Made by a program: the position numbers and the translations under genes. From the IMG/VR virus record IMGVR_UViG_3300009413_000016, positions 1 through 43,042 of that record: a stretch of 43,042 bases of DNA; one strand, 5' to 3'. Each line of letters begins with the position of its first letter. Position 1 is the stretch's first letter. The DNA is from a virus. Of the stretch, positions 24,625 through 32,444 are shown piece after piece. The notes below the pieces were generated by a model. It did no database searches, was not told the origin of the DNA, and worked only from the letters and a program-made list of their open reading frames with translations.

Positions 24625-25325
24625 TGGCAACTACAAGAACTTCACGTACTCGCCGTCGCTCAGAAGAATCTGATGCACCCCGTTCTACTCGCTCTGCCCG
24701 TTCTGCCCGCTCATCGCGCCGCGAATCTTCTAAAGGTTCATCGGCAAAAGTGACCGGCCGTTTCATCACTGGTAAAGCCCGTTCGTCTTTTATGCGAGTG
24801 ATTAAGCTTGAAGAAGATGACAATGGAAATAAAGTGTGTAAAACGGGAATCATGATTCCTAAGAAAGACCGTAAGACGGTGAAGGCTCTTAAAGAAACAA
24901 TCCAGGCTGTTGCGCGTCAAAAATTCGGTAACGAAATTGACATCTTCAAATCCAAGAAAATGCATAATCCTTTGTTAGATGGTGATGAAGCCGCAGACGA
25001 CCCTGAGATTCCATCCGTTGGCAATGAATCGCGCGGATATTATTTACTTAATGCCAAAGCGTATAAATTGCCTCAAGTAGTAGATAAGCATAATGAGCGA
25101 ATTACAGATATTGACGAGCTCGAAGAAATTTGCGTATCTGGTTTCTGGTTCCGCTTCTCATTAACTTTTAAAGCATTTGATAACGAATCGCGCGGCGTGC
25201 GCGTGCTGTTGAACAATCTCATGTTTGTCGAAGAAGGCGAACGACTCGACGGCGGCAAGTCTGCTGAAGAAGACTTTGAAGACTTCGCAGAAGAAGGTGA
25301 TGATGACGAAGGTTGGGACGATTAA
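24624..25325 (+). CDS. ssDNA-binding protein (DUF2815-type) with an Arg/Ser-rich N-terminal extension and an acidic tail
   Basis: AGGAGG RBS. Core GRFITGKARSSF...KTGIMIPK. C-terminus EEGDDDEGWDD. Conserved position between the exonuclease and the polymerase. Confidence 0.65.
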   Translation: MATTRTSRTRRRSEESDAPRSTRSARSARSSRRESSKGSSAKVTGRFITGKARSSFMRVIKLEEDDNGNKVCKTGIMIPKKDRKTVKALKETIQAVARQKFGNEIDIFKSKKMHNPLLDGDEAADDPEIPSVGNESRGYYLLNAKAYKLPQVVDKHNERITDIDELEEICVSGFWFRFSLTFKAFDNESRGVRVLLNNLMFVEEGERLDGGKSAEEDFEDFAEEGDDDEGWDD

Positions 25326-25341
25326 TCCGCGAGGATAGTCA

Positions 25342-25371
25342 ATCCCGTCTCTTATGAGGCGGGATTTTTTT
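25342..25371 (+). terminator. intrinsic terminator
   Basis: ATCCCGTCTC-TTAT-GAGGCGGGAT (one G-U pair) followed by T7. Confidence 0.8.
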
Positions 25372-25394
25372 AGTATTCAATTTAAGGATTAATT

Positions 25395-27413
25395 ATGCAA
25401 TTACCCACCAGCTTTTTTGATATAGACTTCGAAACACGCTCAGAGCTCGATATTACACAAGTTGGGGCTAGAGCTTACGCCGAGCATCCATCTACTGAAA
25501 TACTAATGATAAGCTTTTCATTAAACGAAAAAAGCGTTTATAATTGGAATCCTTATTTTTCAAATCCAAAGGCATTAATAAAATTAAAAAATGGAATTCG
25601 CCAAGTAAAACGCGGTAAAAAAGTAATCCGCGCGCATAATGCCGAGTTCGAATACTGGATTTGGAATCTTGTAGGAACGCGGCAATTTGGTTGGCCAGAA
25701 TTTAGTATAGATAAATTTTACGATACGATGGTTGTATGCTGCATAGCCGGTTTTCCTGCCTCACTTGAAAACGCATCTGAAACTTTAGATTTAGTAGATA
25801 AGAAAAATAAAAGCGGTAAAGCGCTAATTAACTTCTTTTCAAAACCGTCTCGTAAAAAAGATGAAAAATGGAAAGACCCGATTGTCTATAAATCCAAATT
25901 TTTTGAATTCATTGAGTACTGTGACGATGACGTACGCGCTCAAATTGGTATTGCAAAAGCCTGTCCGCCAATGACGCTTCGGCAATATCAGGTCTACCAA
26001 TTAACCGAGCAGATGAATATACGTGGATTACCAATAGACGCGCCTATGGCGAGAGGAGCCCTGGAGCTCGTAGAGCAATACAAGGAGCGGGCTAATAGGC
26101 AAATACAAAAAATCACAAAGGGTGCGATAGAGAGTGCGACGCAAAACGTAGCGTTACAGAAATGGCTCAATGATAACGGCAGTCCGATACCGAATATGCA
26201 GGCGGCGACAATTGAGAAATATTTGAATAATCCAAAGACTCCTAAATTGGTAAAACAGGTACTTACTATTCGCTCTAATGTTTCCAAATCTTCTACGGCG
26301 AAATATAAAGCTGCGCTTACATATCTCACTTCCAAAAGCACTGTCCACGGGTTTATCAAAGCTTTCATCGCTAGAACAGGCCGATGGGGCGGACGCGGTC
26401 TACAAATTCAAAACTTCTCAAAGCCGGATAAAGACTTTCCGTATTGGTGCGATTATAATGTGCTAGCAAAAGCAATTGCCGACGTGGATATGTGGTTCAT
26501 AGAGGCTATTTACGCGGATGTCATGCAAGCTTTGAAAGCCGCTACACGCGCCATGATATATGCTCCTAAAGGTAAAAAGTTTATATGCGCGGATTACTCT
26601 CAAATTGAAGCGCGCATAGTTATGTGGCTTGCAGGCGATAAAGTCGGATTGAAAGATTTTGATGGAGAAGGTAAAATATACGAAAGTATGGCGGCTGATA
26701 TTTTTAGCGTATCTATATCCTCTATTAAGAAACCATCCTTTGAGCGCGATGTAGGTAAAGAGGTAGTTCTTGGGTGTGGTTTTGGCATGGGAGCAGACAA
26801 ATTCATTTTCCGATGCGTCGAGCAGCGCGGGCTTAAGGTAACAAGAGAAGTTGGTGTTAAAGGCGTTAAAGGATATCGTACTCGGTATAAACGTGTGCCA
26901 GAAGCTTGGAAAGAATGTGAGCGCGCAGCTATCTCTGCTATCAACAACTGCGGCGCAGTATATACCGCGTGTAATGGAAAATTAGCGTATAAAAAAGTCA
27001 GCCATTGGCTTATAGTACGACTACCATCTAGCCGTAAGCTGTATTATCCTTACGCAAAAGTGGTAATGGAAATAAATAACTTTGGCAAAGAGCAAGAGGT
27101 GATATACTATAAAAACTGGAATCAACAGGCTCCAGCAGGCCGCAAGTGGGAAGATGAACGCACTTGGGGCGGAACATTATTCCAGCATGGTGTTCAAGCT
27201 ACAGCGATGGACATCATGGCAAATGGAATGCTTAATGCAGAAAAGAAAGGATATCCGGCGCTATTCACTGTACACGATGAATCGTTGGCTATGGTTAACG
27301 AAGATTTTGGAACAGTAAAAGAGTATGAAGATATCTTATGCGAACTTGAACCCTGGGCGCAAGGCTTACCAATTGTTGCAGAAGGTTGGGAAGACACCCG
27401 GTATAAAAAGTAA
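25395..27413 (+). CDS. family A DNA polymerase with 3'-5' exonuclease domain
   Basis: Exo motifs FDIDFETRS and HNAEFE. Polymerase motifs ADYSQIEARI, RDVGKEVVLGCGFGMG and VHDES. Confidence 0.9.
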   Translation: MQLPTSFFDIDFETRSELDITQVGARAYAEHPSTEILMISFSLNEKSVYNWNPYFSNPKALIKLKNGIRQVKRGKKVIRAHNAEFEYWIWNLVGTRQFGWPEFSIDKFYDTMVVCCIAGFPASLENASETLDLVDKKNKSGKALINFFSKPSRKKDEKWKDPIVYKSKFFEFIEYCDDDVRAQIGIAKACPPMTLRQYQVYQLTEQMNIRGLPIDAPMARGALELVEQYKERANRQIQKITKGAIESATQNVALQKWLNDNGSPIPNMQAATIEKYLNNPKTPKLVKQVLTIRSNVSKSSTAKYKAALTYLTSKSTVHGFIKAFIARTGRWGGRGLQIQNFSKPDKDFPYWCDYNVLAKAIADVDMWFIEAIYADVMQALKAATRAMIYAPKGKKFICADYSQIEARIVMWLAGDKVGLKDFDGEGKIYESMAADIFSVSISSIKKPSFERDVGKEVVLGCGFGMGADKFIFRCVEQRGLKVTREVGVKGVKGYRTRYKRVPEAWKECERAAISAINNCGAVYTACNGKLAYKKVSHWLIVRLPSSRKLYYPYAKVVMEINNFGKEQEVIYYKNWNQQAPAGRKWEDERTWGGTLFQHGVQATAMDIMANGMLNAEKKGYPALFTVHDESLAMVNEDFGTVKEYEDILCELEPWAQGLPIVAEGWEDTRYKK

Positions 27414-27437
27414 TTTTAATTAAGTCGGAGAGTAATT

Positions 27438-27800
27438 ATGAGTGAAATTAAACACGAAGAAATGGTTGCTGTGCTAGCTAAGCCTGGTGATAAAGTAATG
27501 CAGGATTTGACGCCAAGTACTGCAGATTTGCTTCATATGGCCGTTGGTGTATCTGGTGAAGCGGGCGAGCTTTTAGACGCAGTGAAAAAAGCCGCAATTT
27601 ATGCCAAACCAATTGACCGCGAAAATGTTATCGAAGAGCTCGGTGATTTAGAGTTTTACATTGAAGGCATACGCCAAAATTTAGGTATTAGCCGCGAAGA
27701 AACGCTTCAGGCTAATATCAAAAAACTTAAGGTTCGATATGAAGGCCTTAAATACTCAAACCAAGCAGCGCAAGAGCGCGCTGACAAAGCCGGAGAATAA
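27438..27800 (+). CDS. MazG-like nucleoside triphosphate pyrophosphohydrolase
   Basis: GEAGELLDAVKK and EELGDLEFY motifs; 120 aa. Confidence 0.7.
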   Translation: MSEIKHEEMVAVLAKPGDKVMQDLTPSTADLLHMAVGVSGEAGELLDAVKKAAIYAKPIDRENVIEELGDLEFYIEGIRQNLGISREETLQANIKKLKVRYEGLKYSNQAAQERADKAGE

Positions 27801-27802
27801 TT

Positions 27803-28267
27803 ATGACCGCTAAAACCAAAGAACCAACATTTGAAGATTTACACAGCGATAAGTCCTCAGCAGAACTGATGGCTTTAATTGGTGGAACAACCGATAAACG
27901 CGAAAAAGCGACGTTGTCAAAACTTCTACGTTTCCGCCTTCGTAAAGAAGAAGAAGAAATTAAAGAAGAATTGAAGCAAGCGGCCGAAGACAGCAAAGAA
28001 GAAAAACGCCTTCTGAAGCAGACTCAAATCGACTTCATGGAAGCGCGCAAAGCTTATCTCGCATCTTATCGTGATATGAATGCTATCATTAATGGTAAAT
28101 CCATGTTGAAGCATCTGCCTGACTTCTCAGAAAAGTGCGCAGACTTTAAAGAAAAATCGGCAGCATTCTTAACTTCTATGGATGCTCATCTGTCTAACCT
28201 GGCCGCGGTTAAACGCAGCTTAAATGGCGAATCGACTGAAGACAATGCTGAGCAAACAGAAGACTGA
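27803..28267 (+). CDS. coiled-coil protein, unknown function (154 aa)
   Basis: ORF track; GGAGAA RBS; Lys/Glu-rich. Confidence 0.55.
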   Translation: MTAKTKEPTFEDLHSDKSSAELMALIGGTTDKREKATLSKLLRFRLRKEEEEIKEELKQAAEDSKEEKRLLKQTQIDFMEARKAYLASYRDMNAIINGKSMLKHLPDFSEKCADFKEKSAAFLTSMDAHLSNLAAVKRSLNGESTEDNAEQTED

Positions 28268-28544
28268 AGCTCCAGTCGAAAAGTATTGCGTAACCTCCGT
28301 GCAAAAGCGCGGAGGTCTTTGTTTAAAATTGGCCATTATAGGCAAGCGCAACTTTCCCGACCGTACGATACTTTGCAAACCCGGCAAAGTTTTTTTCATT
28401 GAATTTAAGGCCCCAAATAAAGACTTACGAAAATCACAAGCTTGGTTTAGGCGGCTTTTACTGAGATTAGGATTTACCGTATATGTCGCAAAAACAAAAG
28501 AACAAGTTGACCAAATCCTTGACAAAGAGATGGAAGCCTCGTAG
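28224..28544 (+). CDS. VRR-NUC domain nuclease
   Basis: PDR...GKVFFIEFK (D...ExK) motif. Start is uncertain (28224 or 28245). Confidence 0.7.
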   Translation: MANRLKTMLSKQKTEAPVEKYCVTSVQKRGGLCLKLAIIGKRNFPDRTILCKPGKVFFIEFKAPNKDLRKSQAWFRRLLLRLGFTVYVAKTKEQVDQILDKEMEAS

Positions 28545-29943
28545 TTATCAACAAATGTGCGTGGATGAAGGACTGAAGCGCAAATTCCTCGCTTTCTTTA
28601 TAGACCCAGGTTTAGGCAAAACCTCAATCACCCTCCAAATATTCAACAAGCGCAAATTACGTGGTCAAGTAAAAGCCATGCTTGTGGTCGCGCCATTAAA
28701 TCCGTGCTATATGACATGGGGTCCAGAAATAAAAGAATGGACCAACTTCCGTCGATTTAAATCAGTAGTTCTACACGGCCCAATGAAAGAAGCTAATCTA
28801 AAAAAACAAGCGGATATCTACATCATAAATCCTGAAGGCCTTCAATGGTTAGCTACTAAGCTAAAAGGTAAGCGCAAAGTAAACTGGCCATTTGACATGC
28901 TCGTGGTTGATGAATCAAGTAAGTTCAAAAGCGCGGACTCATCACGCTCAAAACTTATGCACAAGATGGCTCCTGCGTTTCCTTATCGGTATATACTAAA
29001 TGGTACACCTGTCGCAAATGGGTATATGGGGTTAATGAGCCAGATGAGAATAGTAGACCAAGGGCAAAGCTTAGGAGCCAAAATTACGTATTACCGCCAG
29101 AAATATTTTGAACAATATGGAAAACCAGAATGGCGCATGTTCAAACTTTCTAAAGGCGCAGATAAACGCATCATGAAAAAGATTGCACCATTTGCTGTCT
29201 GCCTAAAAGCTGAAGACCACGTAGACATGCCGAAAGTCAATATGTATCCGCGATTTATCAAACTGAATCCACGCTCCAAAAAACTTTATGACGAGATTGA
29301 AACAGAATTCTTTGCAGAAATAGATAACAAAGAATTGATAGCGGAATCCGCGTCATCACTTGCCACTAAACTCCATCAGATATGCAATGGTTCTATATAC
29401 GAAGACCAGGACCCTCTAGGTAAGCCTCTCCCTTCAAGTAAGCGGAAAATCATATCTCTACATTCTGAGAAGTTAAGTGCACTCGAGGACCTGATAGATG
29501 AGTTTAACGGTAAGCCGATTCTTATTGGATACAAGTTTCAACACGATAAAACTACGCTGAAAAACCATTTTAAGAATAAAATTAAATTCTTTGATGATGC
29601 AAAGACAGAGCAGCAGAAAGTTAAGCTTCAAAAAGATTGGAATGCAGGCAAGATAGACTTACTTGCTGGTAATCCTCAATCAGTTGGCCATGGACTTAAT
29701 CTTCAAAAAGGCGGGGCGTCGGTAATATGCATGTATTCCATCGACCATGACTATGAAATCTTCGACCAGTTCAGAAGGCGACTATATAGAAGCGGCAACT
29801 CAGCGAATTCAGTTTCGATTGCACTTCTTGTGGCAGAAGGACTGTATGACCACATGGTTATCTATCCAAACTTAGTTAAAAAGAAAGGTGTGCAAGACTC
29901 GTTTATGGACCGATTAATCGCCTATAGAAACAGCAGAAAATAA
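28483..29943 (+). CDS. SNF2-family (SF2) helicase / translocase
   Basis: DPGLGKT (motif I), VVDESSKFK (motif II), C-terminal QSVGHGLNLQ. A 62-nt overlap with the VRR-NUC gene is required to include the PRSYQ motif. Confidence 0.8.
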   Translation: MSQKQKNKLTKSLTKRWKPRSYQQMCVDEGLKRKFLAFFIDPGLGKTSITLQIFNKRKLRGQVKAMLVVAPLNPCYMTWGPEIKEWTNFRRFKSVVLHGPMKEANLKKQADIYIINPEGLQWLATKLKGKRKVNWPFDMLVVDESSKFKSADSSRSKLMHKMAPAFPYRYILNGTPVANGYMGLMSQMRIVDQGQSLGAKITYYRQKYFEQYGKPEWRMFKLSKGADKRIMKKIAPFAVCLKAEDHVDMPKVNMYPRFIKLNPRSKKLYDEIETEFFAEIDNKELIAESASSLATKLHQICNGSIYEDQDPLGKPLPSSKRKIISLHSEKLSALEDLIDEFNGKPILIGYKFQHDKTTLKNHFKNKIKFFDDAKTEQQKVKLQKDWNAGKIDLLAGNPQSVGHGLNLQKGGASVICMYSIDHDYEIFDQFRRRLYRSGNSANSVSIALLVAEGLYDHMVIYPNLVKKKGVQDSFMDRLIAYRNSRK

Positions 29944-29967
29944 TTTGCATTTATTTTTACCAAAAGT

Positions 29968-30014
29968 GTGTACTTCTACTTTGGTTATTGTATAATAGTA
30001 CCATCATCGAGCAA
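29968..30014 (+). promoter_or_regulatory. promoter P2: GTGTAC-N17-TATAAT plus conserved leader
   Basis: -35-like 29968-29973, -10 at 29991-29996. Leader AGTACCATCATCGAGCAA is identical to that of P1. Confidence 0.65.
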
Positions 30015-30043
30015 ACATACACAAACACGCTTAAGGAAATATT

Positions 30044-30331
30044 ATGGCTACTCTAACATTTGCACAAGAAAAAGCAATCGAGATTATCTCAAGTAAATTT
30101 GAAAATGTAAAAATTGCGGAAGTTTCTAAGTATGGAGCATTTGTTACTTTTGATAATGGCAAAGATAATATTTTTCTGCATCAAGCTTTTCAAGTAAAAA
30201 TTGGCAAGCGAGGTGCAATCCACTTTATCTGTGTGCATGCTTTTGACGCTGACAAAAAGCATCAAAGAGTATTAGCCAAACTTGCTGGTTATGCTCTTAA
30301 AATCCGTAAGTTCTATGTAATGCTATATTAA
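30044..30331 (+). CDS. protein of unknown function (95 aa)
   Basis: ORF track; AAGGAA RBS. Flanked by P2 and a GAGCC-TTCG(G)-GGCTC hairpin. Confidence 0.65.
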   Translation: MATLTFAQEKAIEIISSKFENVKIAEVSKYGAFVTFDNGKDNIFLHQAFQVKIGKRGAIHFICVHAFDADKKHQRVLAKLAGYALKIRKFYVMLY

Positions 30332-30335
30332 AAGC

Positions 30336-30363
30336 GAGCCTTCGGGGCTCCTCTAATTATTTT
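30336..30363 (+). terminator. hairpin GAGCC-TTCGG-GGCTC (terminator-like, weak T tract)
   Basis: Same stem-loop as at 14964 and 18316. The T run is displaced (ctctaattatttt). Confidence 0.5.
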
Positions 30364-30382
30364 CAAATAAATGCAAAAAACA

Positions 30383-30430
30383 ATGTACATTGGATAGAAA
30401 CATTGTACAATGGCTACATCATCGAGCAAA
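30383..30430 (+). promoter_or_regulatory. promoter P3: ATGTAC-N17-TACAAT plus conserved leader
   Basis: -35-like 30383-30388, -10 at 30406-30411. Leader GGCTACATCATCGAGCAA. Confidence 0.6.
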
Positions 30431-30460
30431 ACGTTATACACATATACACGAGGAAACGTC

Positions 30461-30979
30461 ATGTTAAACATCGCTAAAGTTACTGCTGAATCTATCAAAT
30501 CTCTGTCTACCAAGGAAATCGTTGAGCTGTACAACGCTACTCTTGCACAAGTCAATGCTTCTTCTGAAGCTGAACCCCGCACTCCAGTTAAGAAATTCCG
30601 TGACCGCACAACTGCAGAATCTCGCCTTCTTAAAATCAAACAAGAATGGCAAGATATCGCAGACGGTCATACTTCTGATGTTGAAGAAAAAGCTCCAGCC
30701 AAAAAGCTTGCTAAGAAAAAAATCAAAAAAGTAAAAAAATCTGAAGTTGGTAAGCCGAAAGGTTCTATCAAGAACGTAACAATTGGTTTAATCACTGAAG
30801 GCGCAGAAGATAAAGAAATCGTTGAGGAAGTTAAAGCACAATTTCCAGATTCTAAATTTGACTTCAGCCATGTATCTTGGTACCGTTCGACTCTATTCCG
30901 CGATGGTATCATAGGTCCTGAGCACGCGCCTCGCCGTTCCAAAGCGTATAAAACTTGGAAACAAAGCGAAGAAAAATAG
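30461..30979 (+). CDS. lysine-rich DNA-binding-like protein; its C-terminal domain is paralogous to the N-terminal domain of 31049-31420
   Basis: ORF track 30410-30979, trimmed to the ATG at 30461 (GAGGAA RBS). Central KAPAKKLAKKKIKKVKK. The C-terminal domain aligns by eye with the next gene. Confidence 0.65.
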   Translation: MLNIAKVTAESIKSLSTKEIVELYNATLAQVNASSEAEPRTPVKKFRDRTTAESRLLKIKQEWQDIADGHTSDVEEKAPAKKLAKKKIKKVKKSEVGKPKGSIKNVTIGLITEGAEDKEIVEEVKAQFPDSKFDFSHVSWYRSTLFRDGIIGPEHAPRRSKAYKTWKQSEEK

Positions 30980-30992
30980 TTTATTTACCTAG

Positions 30993-31018
30993 GTAGCGTG
31001 GTACTATTTCTACGCTAC
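30993..31018 (+). terminator. hairpin GTAGCGT-N12-ACGCTAC (weak terminator candidate)
   Basis: 7-bp perfect stem with a 12-nt loop, followed by attcaatttta. Confidence 0.3.
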
Positions 31019-31048
31019 ATTCAATTTTAGTAAAAAGAGGAAATTAAA

Positions 31049-31420
31049 ATGCCAGCACAAAAAGCAAAACCATCTGCCAAAAGTATCATTGAAACCGGTA
31101 TCGAAGGCGGTAAAACCGTAAAATTCATTTTAAGCCAAATTGCCAAGAAACTGCCCGATTCAAAAGCTGATGAATCTCATGTTCGTTTTTATGCGAATAA
31201 AATGGTTCGCGATGGTAAATTAGACGAAACCACGGCGCAAGAAAAATATGGATGTGGTAAGCGTGGGCGCAAACCTGCTGAAGGTAAAACAGCGGCTAAG
31301 AAAGCCCCAGCAAAATCTACTACCGCTAAAAAGGCTCCGGCAGCAAAAAAGGCTCCAGCCGCGAAAAAACCTGCGGCCAAAAAGACTACATCGAAGCGGA
31401 AAACTACTTCAGCGAAGTAA
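31049..31420 (+). CDS. histone H1-like protein (globular N-terminal domain plus AKKAPA-repeat tail)
   Basis: GAGGAA RBS. Tail reads AAKKAPAKSTTAKKAPAAKKAPAAKKPAAKKTTSKRK. Confidence 0.7.
   Translation: MPAQKAKPSAKSIIETGIEGGKTVKFILSQIAKKLPDSKADESHVRFYANKMVRDGKLDETTAQEKYGCGKRGRKPAEGKTAAKKAPAKSTTAKKAPAAKKAPAAKKPAAKKTTSKRKTTSAK
31345..31351 (+). promoter_or_regulatory. candidate -1 ribosomal slippery heptamer A_AAA_AAG, in the zero frame of 31049-31420
   Basis: Codons are GCA AAA AAG. This is the same heptamer as the E. coli dnaX frameshift site. The -1 frame is open from here to 31638. Confidence 0.35.
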
Positions 31421-31463
31421 CAGCCGGTTCTACTGTAATTGTCAAAAAAGCAATTGAAAGAGG

Positions 31464-31491
31464 CGGCGCCAAATATTTGTGCGCCGTTTTT
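31464..31491 (+). terminator. hairpin CGGCGC-N11-GCGCCG plus T5 (terminator candidate; conflicts with coding use of the orphan frame)
   Basis: 6-bp GC stem, long 11-nt loop, then TTTTT. Confidence 0.35.
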
Positions 31492-31640
31492 GTATCTGAT
31501 GAAAGTTTTACTCTAAAAAATGTAATTGTAATAAATGCCAATTTATTTCCACATGGAGTAGTAAGAACAACATCTTCACTTGATAAGTTCAGGCAACTAT
31601 TTAATAAATTAATTGATAATCATGCTTGCAGGAGAATATA

Positions 31641-32444
31641 ATGTCCGAAAGAGAATTCGACCAGACTCAGCTTAAACTGGCTCAGTTTAAATACCAACCC
31701 CATAAAGATTACCTTGGCCACATTTTTCGTTGGGGCTTTGCTTCTAAATACGTAAATAAAAATGTGGCCGTGCTCGATGTCGGATGTGGTCAAGAAATGC
31801 CATTTGCTCGCTCATTAGGCGGTTCTAATCCGAATTCAGTTCCATCTAAATACGTTGGAGTTGACTTAAATAAAATTCCAAACCCGGTTACACGCAAGAA
31901 CTTTCATGTTGAAGACGAATTCAACTTCACTAAGAAATTCCGGACGTTGAAACGTCAGCATGGCCAATTTGATGTAATTGTTAATTTCGAAGTATTTGAA
32001 CATATGACCATGGGACATGCCCGTAAACTTCTCAAAGGTATGCGTTATTTACTTGCTGAAAATGGCGTTCTTATTTTTAGCACGCCCGTGTATTGCTCTA
32101 CGTATAAGCAAGCAAATAACCACATTAACGAAGTCACTAAAAAAGAAATGGAAGATGAACTCCATAAAGCTGGCTTCAAAATCATTAAGCAATTCGGCAC
32201 ATTCGCCAATATTAATGATATCAAAAAAGTTGCTGCTAAAGACGAGCTTGAGTCGCACAAAGCTATGGCTGAATTTTACGGTAACGAAATTTTGGGTTGC
32301 TACTTAAGCCCGAAATATCCTGAAGCATCTCGCAATGTTACGCACATCTGCGTGCGTGATGACGATGGTAGAAAAGAATGTACATTAAAAGATTCTATCG
32401 TTAAATTTACAGGCGAACCATACGGAAAATCGAGGGATAAATAA
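31641..32444 (+). CDS. class I SAM-dependent methyltransferase
   Basis: ORF track start is a TTG at 31626, trimmed to the ATG at 31641 (AGGAG RBS). Motif I VLDVGCGQE, then VIVNFEVFEHM and NGVLIFSTP. Confidence 0.75.
   Translation: MSEREFDQTQLKLAQFKYQPHKDYLGHIFRWGFASKYVNKNVAVLDVGCGQEMPFARSLGGSNPNSVPSKYVGVDLNKIPNPVTRKNFHVEDEFNFTKKFRTLKRQHGQFDVIVNFEVFEHMTMGHARKLLKGMRYLLAENGVLIFSTPVYCSTYKQANNHINEVTKKEMEDELHKAGFKIIKQFGTFANINDIKKVAAKDELESHKAMAEFYGNEILGCYLSPKYPEASRNVTHICVRDDDGRKECTLKDSIVKFTGEPYGKSRDK

Larger units (their letters stand above)
31330..31641 (+). other. orphan open reading frame (103 sense codons) with no usable start codon, ending in a TAATG overlap with the methyltransferase gene
   Basis: I translated codon by codon and found no stop between 31330 and 31638. 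The only ATG/GTG/TTG is TTG at 31477, with a poor RBS. The sequence (STVIVKKAIERGGAKYLCAVFVSDESFTLKNVIVINANLFPHGVV...) looks globular. Confidence 0.45.

Noticed and set aside
31248-31457. 69-aa ORF in the third frame across the AKKAPA-repeat region.
   Set aside because: It is a frame shadow of the Lys/Ala repeat DNA, with a low-complexity Lys/Arg/Gln/Leu-rich product, no RBS and an end inside the gap. The other frame (31330-31641) is the one with the coupling signature.
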